This document shows positions 14,523-22,991 of a DNA stretch of 35,429 nt, in pieces. The notes under the pieces were generated by a model. It was not told where the DNA came from, did not search any database, and worked only from the letters and a program-made list of their open reading frames with translations. Every line of letters starts with the position of its first letter. Positions within the stretch are counted from its first letter, which is position 1. The stretch is taken from the IMG/VR virus record IMGVR_UViG_2531839330_000011; one strand, 5' to 3'. A program made the translations under genes and the position numbers. The DNA is from a virus (Duplodnaviria > Heunggongvirae > Uroviricota > Caudoviricetes).

Positions 14523-15359
14523 ATGACTAATGAAAAAAAGACATCCCGCAAAAAGTTTCGCGTGGCTGTCTCCGGATCAACTGTTGATGGTCGTGAAATC
14601 AGTCCGGTGCATCTGCGTGAAGCCGCCGAGAACTTCAACCCGGATGTTTACGCTGCCCGCGTGAACGTTGAGCACTATCTCTCGCCATGCCCGTCAAGCG
14701 AATTTTCCGCAATGGGCGATGTCCCCGCACTGAGTACGGAAGACATTACGGAAGGTCCGCTGGCCGGACGTACTGCGCTGTATGCAGAAATCGAACCGAC
14801 CGAGCGCATGAAGCAGCTTGTCGCTGACGGCAAGAAAATCTATTCCAGTATCGAACTGCACCCGCAGTTCTCCGTTAACGGGCGCGCCTATCTGGTCGGG
14901 CTGGCGATGACCGACACCCCGGCAAGCCTGGGCACTGAGCGCCTGAAATTCACGGCACAGCAACGTCAGGCGGTGATGACGTTCAATAGTGTCCAGGGTG
15001 AAGCACCGCTTATCTCCGAAGCCATCGAGTCTGAAATCATCGAAATGGCAGAACAACGCCAGGAAGAAGGCACCCAGTGGTTTAACCGCGTAATGGGGAT
15101 TATTGGTCGTGGCCGCAAAGCGGATGACGCCAGTTTCTCCCGTATTCAGGAAGCGGTGGAAGGCGTCGCAACGTCACAGGCCGACATTATCGACCGTTTT
15201 AATGTGCTGGAACCCCGCCATCAGCAGGACCGCCAGAAAATTACGTCACTGACCACAGAGCTGGCAGCACTGAAGGAAAAACTGCGCACGCAGGACGGCG
15301 ATCCGCAGAATCGGTTCACCGCAACGGGCGCAGCCTCCGACCAGCTGGCTGACTTCTGA
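14523..15359 (+). CDS. O: Capsid scaffolding protein (P2 gpO-like)
   Basis: FRVAVSGSTVDGREISPVHLREAAENFNPDVYAARVNVEHY resembles the P2 gpO N-terminus (FRIGVEGDTCDGRVISAQDIQEMAETFDPRVYGCRINLEH, recalled). Start set at ATG 14523, which has a GAGGGG RBS. Confidence 0.85.
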   Translation: MTNEKKTSRKKFRVAVSGSTVDGREISPVHLREAAENFNPDVYAARVNVEHYLSPCPSSEFSAMGDVPALSTEDITEGPLAGRTALYAEIEPTERMKQLVADGKKIYSSIELHPQFSVNGRAYLVGLAMTDTPASLGTERLKFTAQQRQAVMTFNSVQGEAPLISEAIESEIIEMAEQRQEEGTQWFNRVMGIIGRGRKADDASFSRIQEAVEGVATSQADIIDRFNVLEPRHQQDRQKITSLTTELAALKEKLRTQDGDPQNRFTATGAASDQLADF

Positions 15360-15382
15360 TAAGACAAAGGAGCAAATTTTTT

Positions 15383-16435
15383 ATGAATCTGGTGATGTCA
15401 GATATTACCCGCAACAAGCTGGGTTGCTATATGGCGCAGCAGGCGTCGCTTAATAATATCCCGGTTTCCGCACTGGTATCGCGATTTACCGTGGAACCCT
15501 CGGTGCAGCAGCGTTTTGAAAACGCCTCAAAGGAAAGCACCGAATTTACAAAAAGAATTAACGTGATCGGCGTGACCGACCAGAAAGGCGAAAAAATCCT
15601 CCTGGATACCACCGGGCCGATTGCGCGCACGAATACCAGTTATGACGGCACAAAACGCCGTAACCCGAATAACGTGGTTGATCTGAAAAACCGCAAATAC
15701 CAGTGCGAACAGGTGAACTACGACACGTTTATTTCATATCCGCAGCTTGATGCCTGGGCGGCACATCCTGATTTTCAGTCCCGCATCAGCGCACAGATTG
15801 CCCGACAGGTGGCGCTTGACCGCATCATGATCGGTTTCAACGGCAGGTCTCACGCGGATGAGTCCAACTTCAGCACCAACAAGCTGCTTCAGGACGTTAA
15901 CGTGGGCTGGCTGGAGCACATCAGAACCGACGCCAGCGAGCGCGTTATGAATGACGTGACGCTGACCTCCCGCAACATGGACAACACCGTGGCGCACGCG
16001 GGTAAGTATGCGAACGCTGATGCACTGGTACAGGACGCACGCTCATCCCTGCTGGATGAATGGCACAAGGAAGCTGACGACCTCGTGGTGATTATGGGGC
16101 GCAACCTGTTTAACTCGCTGCGTCTGCCCGTGCTGAACAGCATCAGCGGCCAGAATCCCAATGCGGAATTACTTGCCGGGCAGCTCATCCTGTCATCGCG
16201 CACCATTGGCGGGCTGGGCGTGTTCCTTGCGCCGTTCTTCCCGGATGCAACGATGCTGATCACCTCGTTCAACAACCTGTCGATTTACTGGCAGAAAGGT
16301 TCAATGCGTCGCCTGATGAAAGACGAGCCGGAATACAACCGCATCGCCACCTACCAGTCCATCAATGACGCTTATGTCGTTGAAGACTATGGCAAGTGCG
16401 CGATGGTCACTGGCCTGAAGTTCGCCGACAGCTAA
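15383..16435 (+). CDS. N: Major capsid protein (P2 gpN-like), 350 aa
   Basis: Size and position after O. Confidence 0.88.
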   Translation: MNLVMSDITRNKLGCYMAQQASLNNIPVSALVSRFTVEPSVQQRFENASKESTEFTKRINVIGVTDQKGEKILLDTTGPIARTNTSYDGTKRRNPNNVVDLKNRKYQCEQVNYDTFISYPQLDAWAAHPDFQSRISAQIARQVALDRIMIGFNGRSHADESNFSTNKLLQDVNVGWLEHIRTDASERVMNDVTLTSRNMDNTVAHAGKYANADALVQDARSSLLDEWHKEADDLVVIMGRNLFNSLRLPVLNSISGQNPNAELLAGQLILSSRTIGGLGVFLAPFFPDATMLITSFNNLSIYWQKGSMRRLMKDEPEYNRIATYQSINDAYVVEDYGKCAMVTGLKFADS

Positions 16436-16480
16436 TCACCTCACGGCGGGCATCATGCCCGCCAGTAACGGAGAGAACAA

Positions 16481-17281
16481 ATGATTACTCCTGCACAGCA
16501 ACACTGGCAGAACGTGATGGCACAGCGCGCAGGCCGGGCGAATGAAGGCGTGGACCACGCCGCGCGTACCGCGCATGAAGAGGTGCTGTATCGTCTGCGT
16601 CTGGCACAGGCCCGGCTTAAGGGCGTACAGGCCAGAAGCGCGAAAGCCGCCATCAAAAAAGAGTTGTTGCCGGATTTTTCCGGCTGGATTGAGGGAACGC
16701 TGGAGGCTGACGGCGGGCAGCAGGATGAAGTGATTGCCACGCTGATGGTGTGGGCGATTGACTGTGGCGATCTTCCGCTTGCGCTGCGTATCGGCGCGTA
16801 TGTGGTCCGTCACAACCTCATCATGCCGGATAACTTTGGCCGTACTGCTGCCACGGTACTGACCGAAGAAATCTGTAATCCGGTACTGACGCAGGCCGGG
16901 ACGGATGCCGACGCGGATTTGTCCGCCTTTATCGAACCACTGGACACCCTCCGGGAGATTGTCACCGACCAGGACATGCCGGACGAAGTGCGCGCCAAAT
17001 TATGCAAAGCGTGCGCCTTTGCCCGCCGTGGCCTGAGTGATGCGGACAGCATGGCCCTGTCACTGAAGCTGCTGCGCGAAGCAATGCACCTGAACCCGAA
17101 CGCTGGTGTGAAACGCGAGATTGCAACCCTTTCCCGCGCCCTGAAAAAAGCCGATTCCGCAGCCGAACCAGAAGACGCCAGCGCACAGCAGGCGCAGGAC
17201 GAAAGCAGCAAAAGTAAAAAGACAACGCGGAAGCCTGCAACACGAAAAACCACCGCGACGCAGAAGGCGAAGCGCGGTTAA
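16481..17281 (+). CDS. M: Terminase small subunit / endonuclease (P2 gpM-like), 266 aa
   Basis: Position after N. Acidic/basic C-terminal tail. Confidence 0.8.
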   Translation: MITPAQQHWQNVMAQRAGRANEGVDHAARTAHEEVLYRLRLAQARLKGVQARSAKAAIKKELLPDFSGWIEGTLEADGGQQDEVIATLMVWAIDCGDLPLALRIGAYVVRHNLIMPDNFGRTAATVLTEEICNPVLTQAGTDADADLSAFIEPLDTLREIVTDQDMPDEVRAKLCKACAFARRGLSDADSMALSLKLLREAMHLNPNAGVKREIATLSRALKKADSAAEPEDASAQQAQDESSKSKKTTRKPATRKTTATQKAKRG

Positions 17282-17383
17282 CGACTGACCCCGTCAGCGG
17301 GCGGCGTGCGCGGTGTTCCGGTTTGACTCCGTGACCGTTTACACCGCGCACCCACCGCCCGATTTTTTTCAGGAGTGAACCCC

Positions 17384-17878
17384 ATGAGTATGGTTGCCAG
17401 AACTGAACCCAGACCCGCAGAGGACGACATCACCGATACCGATGATGGCGATACCCGCATTTCAGCAGGTGCATTCTGGCCGGATATTGTGTTGCGCGAG
17501 CTGCGTCTGGCGGTACGACTGCCGGGGCGCGTGACCACTTCCCGCCTGCTACATACCGCCACCGGAGCTGTAGCACACGTTACCCGCGAGCTGGAAGCAT
17601 GGCAGCAGGAACAGCAGGCGGCTGGCCATCAGACGCTGGCCGATGTTCCGGCACCCGTAATTAACGGAGAAAGCGTCAATCTCTGGCACTGGCGCAATGC
17701 TGTTTATACCGCCACGCGCGCCCTGATTCTGGAGCGTTATCGTGATGCAGACACAACGGACAAGGGCGACCGCCGGGCGGACGCTCTGGATATACAGACA
17801 TCGGATTTGTGGCGTGATGTGAGCTGGGCCATCTCTGACATTCTGTGCCGCCCGCGAATCTTTGCGGAGTTGTGCTGA
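17384..17878 (+). CDS. L: Head completion/stabilisation protein (P2 gpL-like)
   Basis: Position and size. Start set at ATG 17384, 8 nt after an AGGAG RBS. Confidence 0.78.
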   Translation: MSMVARTEPRPAEDDITDTDDGDTRISAGAFWPDIVLRELRLAVRLPGRVTTSRLLHTATGAVAHVTRELEAWQQEQQAAGHQTLADVPAPVINGESVNLWHWRNAVYTATRALILERYRDADTTDKGDRRADALDIQTSDLWRDVSWAISDILCRPRIFAELC

Positions 17879-18078
17879 TGAAAGTGAAGGCACTGGAAGG
17901 CGACACCGTGGATTCGCTCTGTTTCCGGTACTACGGCACGACGCAGGGCGTCACTGAAAAGGTGCTGGATGCCAACCCCGGACTCTGTCAGCAGGTATTT
18001 CTGGACGCCGGGCAGGACGTGGAGATGCCGGAGCCGGAGAAGAAGAAACGAGAAATGATTCAGTTGTGGGGGGAGTAG
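17878..18078 (+). CDS. X: Tail protein X (P2 gpX-like), 66 aa
   Basis: ATG overlaps the L stop (TGATG). Size matches P2 X. Confidence 0.7.
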   Translation: MKVKALEGDTVDSLCFRYYGTTQGVTEKVLDANPGLCQQVFLDAGQDVEMPEPEKKKREMIQLWGE

Positions 18079-18404
18079 TAGTGAGCACCATTCAAACAGG
18101 GATCACAGAGCAGGTTATTGCGTGGCTCTTTGACCACCTGCCAACGGTGTATGCAGCAGGCGCGGCGGTCAGCATTTCCGCGCTGATGAGTCTTTATGAC
18201 GGACGAACGCTGGTTCAGACCGTAACGGGATCGCTGGCGTGCGGCGTTCTTGCCATGGCCGTGGCCGGGTCGTTGCGCTTCTTCGGAGTTCCTGAAGATG
18301 CCGTGACGTTTTTCGGCGCATCTATCGGTTTTATGGGCGCAGAAAAAGCACGCGACAAGATCATTGCCGCCTTTAACCGCATAACCCAAAAGGGAGATGA
18401 ATAA
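18066..18404 (+). CDS. Putative holin (multiple TM segments)
   Basis: Hydrophobic segments AAGAAVSISALMSLY, GSLACGVLAMAVAGSL and VTFFGASIGFMG. Immediately upstream of the endolysin. The start may be GTG 18066 or GTG 18081. Confidence 0.6.
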   Translation: MGGVVVSTIQTGITEQVIAWLFDHLPTVYAAGAAVSISALMSLYDGRTLVQTVTGSLACGVLAMAVAGSLRFFGVPEDAVTFFGASIGFMGAEKARDKIIAAFNRITQKGDE

Positions 18405-18458
18405 ATCGCAGGCTTAAAGCCGGTAATCACCATAAAAATCATTCACAGAGGTGACGAA

Positions 18459-19004
18459 ATGAAATCGAAAGACGAAATTTTTGATGCCGTTCTTGGCAAA
18501 GAAGGCGGCTACGTCAATCACCCGGATGACAGAGGCGGTCCGACAAAATGGGGCATCACTGAAAAGGTGGCACGGGCGCACGGATACCGTGGCGATATGC
18601 GTGATTTAACGCGCGGACAGGCACTGGAAATCCTTGAAGCTGATTACTGGTACGGACCGCGTTTTGATCAGATAGCGAAGCTGTCCCCGGATATTGCCGC
18701 AGAACTGTGTGACACCGGAGTAAATATGGGACCGTCTGTGGCAACCAGAATGCTTCAGCGCTGGCTGAACGCATTCAATCAGGGCGGGAAACTGTATCCC
18801 GATATGGACACGGACGGACGCACTGGCCCACGCACGATTAACGCATTGCGTGCATATCTGGAAAAACGCGGTCGGGACGGCGAGATGGTGATGTTAACAG
18901 CACTGAACTGTACACAGGGTGAACGCTATCTGGAGCTGGCGGAAAAACGCGAAGCCAACGAATCGTTTGTCTACGGCTGGATAAAGGAACGCGTGGCAGC
19001 ATGA
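18459..19004 (+). CDS. Endolysin, GH108-type lysozyme with peptidoglycan-binding domain
   Basis: N-terminal GGYVNHPDDRGGPTKWGIT is the GH108 signature. 181 aa. Follows the holin. Confidence 0.8.
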   Translation: MKSKDEIFDAVLGKEGGYVNHPDDRGGPTKWGITEKVARAHGYRGDMRDLTRGQALEILEADYWYGPRFDQIAKLSPDIAAELCDTGVNMGPSVATRMLQRWLNAFNQGGKLYPDMDTDGRTGPRTINALRAYLEKRGRDGEMVMLTALNCTQGERYLELAEKREANESFVYGWIKERVAA

Positions 19005-19408
19005 AGTTATGGACTTCTCTGGGCGTCGCTTTTCTTCTGATTGCCGCATGGGGAACATCCATGCGTCTGTCGTGGTCGCTGGGCCGGGAGAACGCCAGAA
19101 ACGAAGCGCAGGCCAGCACCCTGAAAAGTACCGTCGACACCCTGAATATCATCAGCGCCGGGGTACAGGATATGCAGCAGGTGCTGGCACAACTCCGCGC
19201 GGAAAATCAGCAACGCAATCAGGACGGAGAGGCCAGACGTGAACAGCTACGCAACGATATTGCAAAAGATGAATGCGCCCACGCTTTACCTGACGCTCGT
19301 TTTACTGACAGGCTGCGCAGGCACGCAGAACGCGCCACTGCCAGCGCCGTCAGTCCGGCTTATACCGCAGACGCTGACCATACCGGTAACGCCTCCCCGC
19401 TTCCCTGA
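19001..19408 (+). CDS. i-spanin (Rz/LysB-like), N-terminal TM anchor
   Basis: N-terminal TM (LWTSLGVAFLLIAAWG) then a charged coiled-coil-like region. Overlaps the downstream lipoprotein ORF in another frame. Confidence 0.65.
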   Translation: MKLWTSLGVAFLLIAAWGTSMRLSWSLGRENARNEAQASTLKSTVDTLNIISAGVQDMQQVLAQLRAENQQRNQDGEARREQLRNDIAKDECAHALPDARFTDRLRRHAERATASAVSPAYTADADHTGNASPLP

Positions 19409-19559
19409 TACTCCCACATGGGGAAATCTCGGTATATGGGGCGACCGCCTTCTGGATGCACTGGAAACCTGTAACGCGGATAAACGGGCCATTGAATTAC
19501 TGGAACAGCGCAGGCTGCAACGACTGAACAACGAGGATAACAACCATGCTGAAAACTGA
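19269..19559 (+). CDS. o-spanin (Rz1/LysC-like) outer-membrane lipoprotein
   Basis: Lipobox LLTGC after a short signal (MNAPTLYLTLVLLTGCAG). Pro-rich mature region. Overlaps the i-spanin gene out of frame. Confidence 0.65.
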   Translation: MNAPTLYLTLVLLTGCAGTQNAPLPAPSVRLIPQTLTIPVTPPRFPDTPTWGNLGIWGDRLLDALETCNADKRAIELLEQRRLQRLNNEDNNHAEN

Positions 19560-20013
19560 TTCCCTGCGTGAAGCCATGACCCGTTCATGCCGATGGTGTC
19601 AGGCCAACCCGGAAAAATTCACCATTTTCGTGGAGAGCGGCAACATTGAAACGACAGGAGAAACCCCATCGTTTGTTTACCGCTATCAGATGGTGATGTT
19701 TGTCATGGATTACGCCGGGGAGCTGGACGACCTCACGCTGCCGCTGCTGGCGTGGTTATCCGAAAATCAGCCACAGTTGTTGCTCAACCCTGAGCGTAAT
19801 CAGGACATCAAATTCTCCGCCGTTATCAATGACGATGACAGCGCCGATCTCCTGTTTACGCTCCCCCTGCGGGAACGCGTTCGCATCACGCGCAGCAGTC
19901 AGGGCACACCGCAGGCAGAACCCCTGCCGGAGCCAAAACCCCGCCTGCCATCTTCCGAAGGCGACTGGTCGCATGTATTCCAGGATGTGACGTGGGGTGA
20001 AAACGATGGATAA
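19546..20013 (+). CDS. R: Tail completion protein (P2 gpR-like), 155 aa
   Basis: Size identical to P2 R as recalled. Position before S and V. Confidence 0.78.
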   Translation: MLKTDSLREAMTRSCRWCQANPEKFTIFVESGNIETTGETPSFVYRYQMVMFVMDYAGELDDLTLPLLAWLSENQPQLLLNPERNQDIKFSAVINDDDSADLLFTLPLRERVRITRSSQGTPQAEPLPEPKPRLPSSEGDWSHVFQDVTWGENDG

Positions 20014-20641
20014 GGCATTCACCCGCGTGGATGAAACCTTTGAGGCCATCCGCGACAGCCTGAATCAGCAGGCCATCAATAACATCGCCAGAAAGCTGGC
20101 ACAGGATTTACGCCGCGCCCAGCAGGCGCGTATCCGGTCACAGAAAGCGCCGGACGGGACCGCGTGGACACCACGCAGACGCCGCGTAACCCGGATACAG
20201 GAACGCATTCGCTTTATCTGGAATAACGAAGCACGCACGCTGAAAAACTGGCATCACGACACGGGGAAATACGGGCGAACCATTACCGGGTGGGATGAGG
20301 ATAAAAACAATATCCGCACGTTTTACCGGGATGACATCGACCGCTTTCTGGAAATACGCACCCGGCGCATCAACCAGGACAGCACAAAGCGCGTCCCCAT
20401 GTTCGTAAAACTGCGCACCGCCCGCTACCTGAAAGCACGTGCAGATGCTTCCGGTGTGACGGTGGGTTACAGCGGCGTGGCCGCACGTATTGCCCGCGTT
20501 CATCAGTTCGGTGAGCGCGATCAGGTTGCGCCGGGCATTTTCACCGATTACCCGGTACGTGAGCTGCTGGGTATCAGCCAGGCAGATGAGCGCCTGATTT
20601 ATAACACGGTGCTGGGCCGGATTGCGGAGGCTGTACGGTGA
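20006..20641 (+). CDS. S: Tail completion protein (P2 gpS-like)
   Basis: Synteny. Start set at ATG 20006, overlapping the R stop. Confidence 0.7.
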   Translation: MDKAFTRVDETFEAIRDSLNQQAINNIARKLAQDLRRAQQARIRSQKAPDGTAWTPRRRRVTRIQERIRFIWNNEARTLKNWHHDTGKYGRTITGWDEDKNNIRTFYRDDIDRFLEIRTRRINQDSTKRVPMFVKLRTARYLKARADASGVTVGYSGVAARIARVHQFGERDQVAPGIFTDYPVRELLGISQADERLIYNTVLGRIAEAVR

Positions 20642-21219
20642 GCGCAGAACTCATGCGACTGCTGAGCAATATCATCCGCACCGGGATCATCTCTGAAGTT
20701 GATGAGAAGTCCTGGCGCGTGCGCGTTCGCAGCGGCGAACTGGAAACAGGCTGGCTGCGCTGGAACACCACGCGCGCGGGAGCCTTCAATGTGTGGCTGC
20801 CGCCATCACCCGGCGAACAGGTGGTAATTGCCTGCATTGGCGGCAACCCGGAAACCGCCATGATAATTGGCAGCCTGTGGAGTGATGCCAGTCCGGCACC
20901 CGGCAAAAGCCTGAAAGAAATCGTGATCAGCGCGCCGGACGGCGCGGTGTTCCGCTACGACGCGGACGCTGGCGCACTGAGCGCCAGCGGCATGAAAACG
21001 GCCACTTTACAGGCATCCGTCAGTGTGACACTGGACACACCTGTCGTGGAATGCACAGACCTTCTGAGAACAGCGACGATTGACGTCACAAAAGGAGGAA
21101 AGATGAGCGGCAATATCACGCACAGCGGCGGCAACTTCACCTCAAACGGCATTACCGTGCATACGCATAAACACGGTGGCGTGAAAGGCGGCAGCGATTC
21201 GACAGGAGGCCCGCAGTGA
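20638..21219 (+). CDS. V: Baseplate spike/hub protein (P2 gpV-like), 193 aa
   Basis: LLSNIIRTGIISEVD...ETGWLRW...PGEQVVIACIGG...VHTHKHGGV is recognisably P2 gpV-like. Confidence 0.85.
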   Translation: MSAELMRLLSNIIRTGIISEVDEKSWRVRVRSGELETGWLRWNTTRAGAFNVWLPPSPGEQVVIACIGGNPETAMIIGSLWSDASPAPGKSLKEIVISAPDGAVFRYDADAGALSASGMKTATLQASVSVTLDTPVVECTDLLRTATIDVTKGGKMSGNITHSGGNFTSNGITVHTHKHGGVKGGSDSTGGPQ

Positions 21220-21566
21220 CAACCCGCTACACAGGAATGAATCCGGACGGGACGGGAAACCTGAACGATATGGAGCACCTGAAACAGTCAGTCAGGGATA
21301 TCCTGACCACCCCGCTGGCAAGCCGGGTTATGCGACGGGAATATGGCAGCCTTGTGCCTGATTTGATTGACGAACCCATGAATAACACCACGCGTCTGCA
21401 ATGCATGAGTGCTGCCGTGATTGCGCTGACACGATGGGAACCCCGCATTGCCCTGGATGCCATCGACGTTGTCTGGAAAGCGGGAGGCCGCGCCGGGGTG
21501 ACGTTGTCGGGCACTGTCATGCAGACCATGCAGAATGTTGAATTAACCATCACGCTGAGGGAGTAA
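21216..21566 (+). CDS. W: Baseplate wedge protein (P2 gpW, gp25-like), 116 aa
   Basis: Size and position. Overlapping start and stop with V. Confidence 0.8.
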   Translation: MTTRYTGMNPDGTGNLNDMEHLKQSVRDILTTPLASRVMRREYGSLVPDLIDEPMNNTTRLQCMSAAVIALTRWEPRIALDAIDVVWKAGGRAGVTLSGTVMQTMQNVELTITLRE

Positions 21567-21569
21567 ATC

Positions 21570-22466
21570 ATGCCCGCCGTTGACCTTTCACAGTTACCGG
21601 ACCCCGCCATCATCGCGGAGCCTGACTTTGAGGCAATTCTGGCTGACACAAAGGCCATGATGATTGCGGCTTATCCCGCCGAACAGCGTGAAGCCGTTTC
21701 CGCCGCGCTGGAGCTGGAATCGGAACCCCTTAACGTTATCGCTCAAACCATGTCGTTTCGTGAAATGCTGTTACGCCAGCGGGTTAACGAGGGGGCACGC
21801 GCCTGCATGTTAAGCCACAGCGCCGGGACAGACCTGGACAACCTTGCGGGCAATATGAACACAAAGCGCCTGGTTATCACTCCGGCAACGGATACCACCG
21901 ACGCGGTGATGGAGAGCGACACCTCGCTGAGACTGCGGGCGCAGCGGGCGTATGACGGTCTGAGTGTTGCTGGCCCGTCAGGCGCATACGAGTATTTTGC
22001 CCGCAGCGCCAGCGGTCTGGTACGCGACGCGCGAGCCATCAGCCCGTCTCCGGCCAACGTGACGGTTTCCATCCTGTCCACTGAAGGCGACGGCACAGCA
22101 ACGGAGGCGTTGCTTAATACCGTTCGCGCCGTTCTGAATGCAGAGGATACCCGCCCGGTGGCCGACCGCCTGACCGTACAGAGCGCCAGAATCGTGACAT
22201 GGCGGCTGAATGCAAAACTGTACTTTTACCCCGGCCCGGAATCCGAACCTATTCTGGCCGCGGCTGAATCGTCGTTCAGGAAGTGGCTGGCTGAGCAGGG
22301 GCTTATCGGTCAGGACGTGGCGTTGTCCGCCATTGCTGCCGCACTGCATGTGCACGGTGTGCAACGCGTGGAGATAATCGAACCCACACAGAATATGGCC
22401 ATCAGCGACATACAGGCGGCGCGCTGTGAGTCATTCACCATCAGCGAAGGTGGACGCAATGAGTAA
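21570..22466 (+). CDS. J: Baseplate protein J (P2 gpJ-like), 298 aa
   Basis: Size and position. Confidence 0.82.
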   Translation: MPAVDLSQLPDPAIIAEPDFEAILADTKAMMIAAYPAEQREAVSAALELESEPLNVIAQTMSFREMLLRQRVNEGARACMLSHSAGTDLDNLAGNMNTKRLVITPATDTTDAVMESDTSLRLRAQRAYDGLSVAGPSGAYEYFARSASGLVRDARAISPSPANVTVSILSTEGDGTATEALLNTVRAVLNAEDTRPVADRLTVQSARIVTWRLNAKLYFYPGPESEPILAAAESSFRKWLAEQGLIGQDVALSAIAAALHVHGVQRVEIIEPTQNMAISDIQAARCESFTISEGGRNE

Positions 22467-22989
22467 TTCGTTGTTACCACCATCAGCCAGCAATTTCATG
22501 CGTTGTGCCGAAGCCGTCGGAACACGCATTACAGACATTCCGGTAGACCTCAACACGCTGTGGTCGCCGGACACCTGCCCGGTGCATCTGCTGCCTTATC
22601 TCGCCTGGGCGTTTTCCGTTGACCGCTGGGATCGCAACTGGCCGGAAGAGACAAAGCGACAGGTGATTCGTGATGCATGGCTGATACACCGACACAAAGG
22701 GACCATCAGCGCACTGCGCAGGGCCATTGAGCCGCTGGGATACCTCATTCGCGTGTCTGAGTGGTGGGAGTTCGGCGGAGAACCGGGAACATTTACCGTT
22801 GAAGTCGGCACGCTGGACAGTGGCGTGACGGAGGAAATGTATCTGGAAATGGAGCGGTTGATTGCTGATGCCCGCCCGGTCAGCCGCCACATGACAGGGC
22901 TGAATATCATTCAGGAAATTCCGGGGGATATTTTCGCGGCGGCAGCAACTTACGACGGTGAAGTCATTACCATTTATCCGGACGATTAA
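22459..22989 (+). CDS. I: Baseplate protein I (P2 gpI-like), 176 aa
   Basis: Start at ATG 22459 gives 176 aa, as for P2 I as recalled. Precedes the tail fibre gene. Confidence 0.8.
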   Translation: MSNSLLPPSASNFMRCAEAVGTRITDIPVDLNTLWSPDTCPVHLLPYLAWAFSVDRWDRNWPEETKRQVIRDAWLIHRHKGTISALRRAIEPLGYLIRVSEWWEFGGEPGTFTVEVGTLDSGVTEEMYLEMERLIADARPVSRHMTGLNIIQEIPGDIFAAAATYDGEVITIYPDD

Positions 22990-22991
22990 GC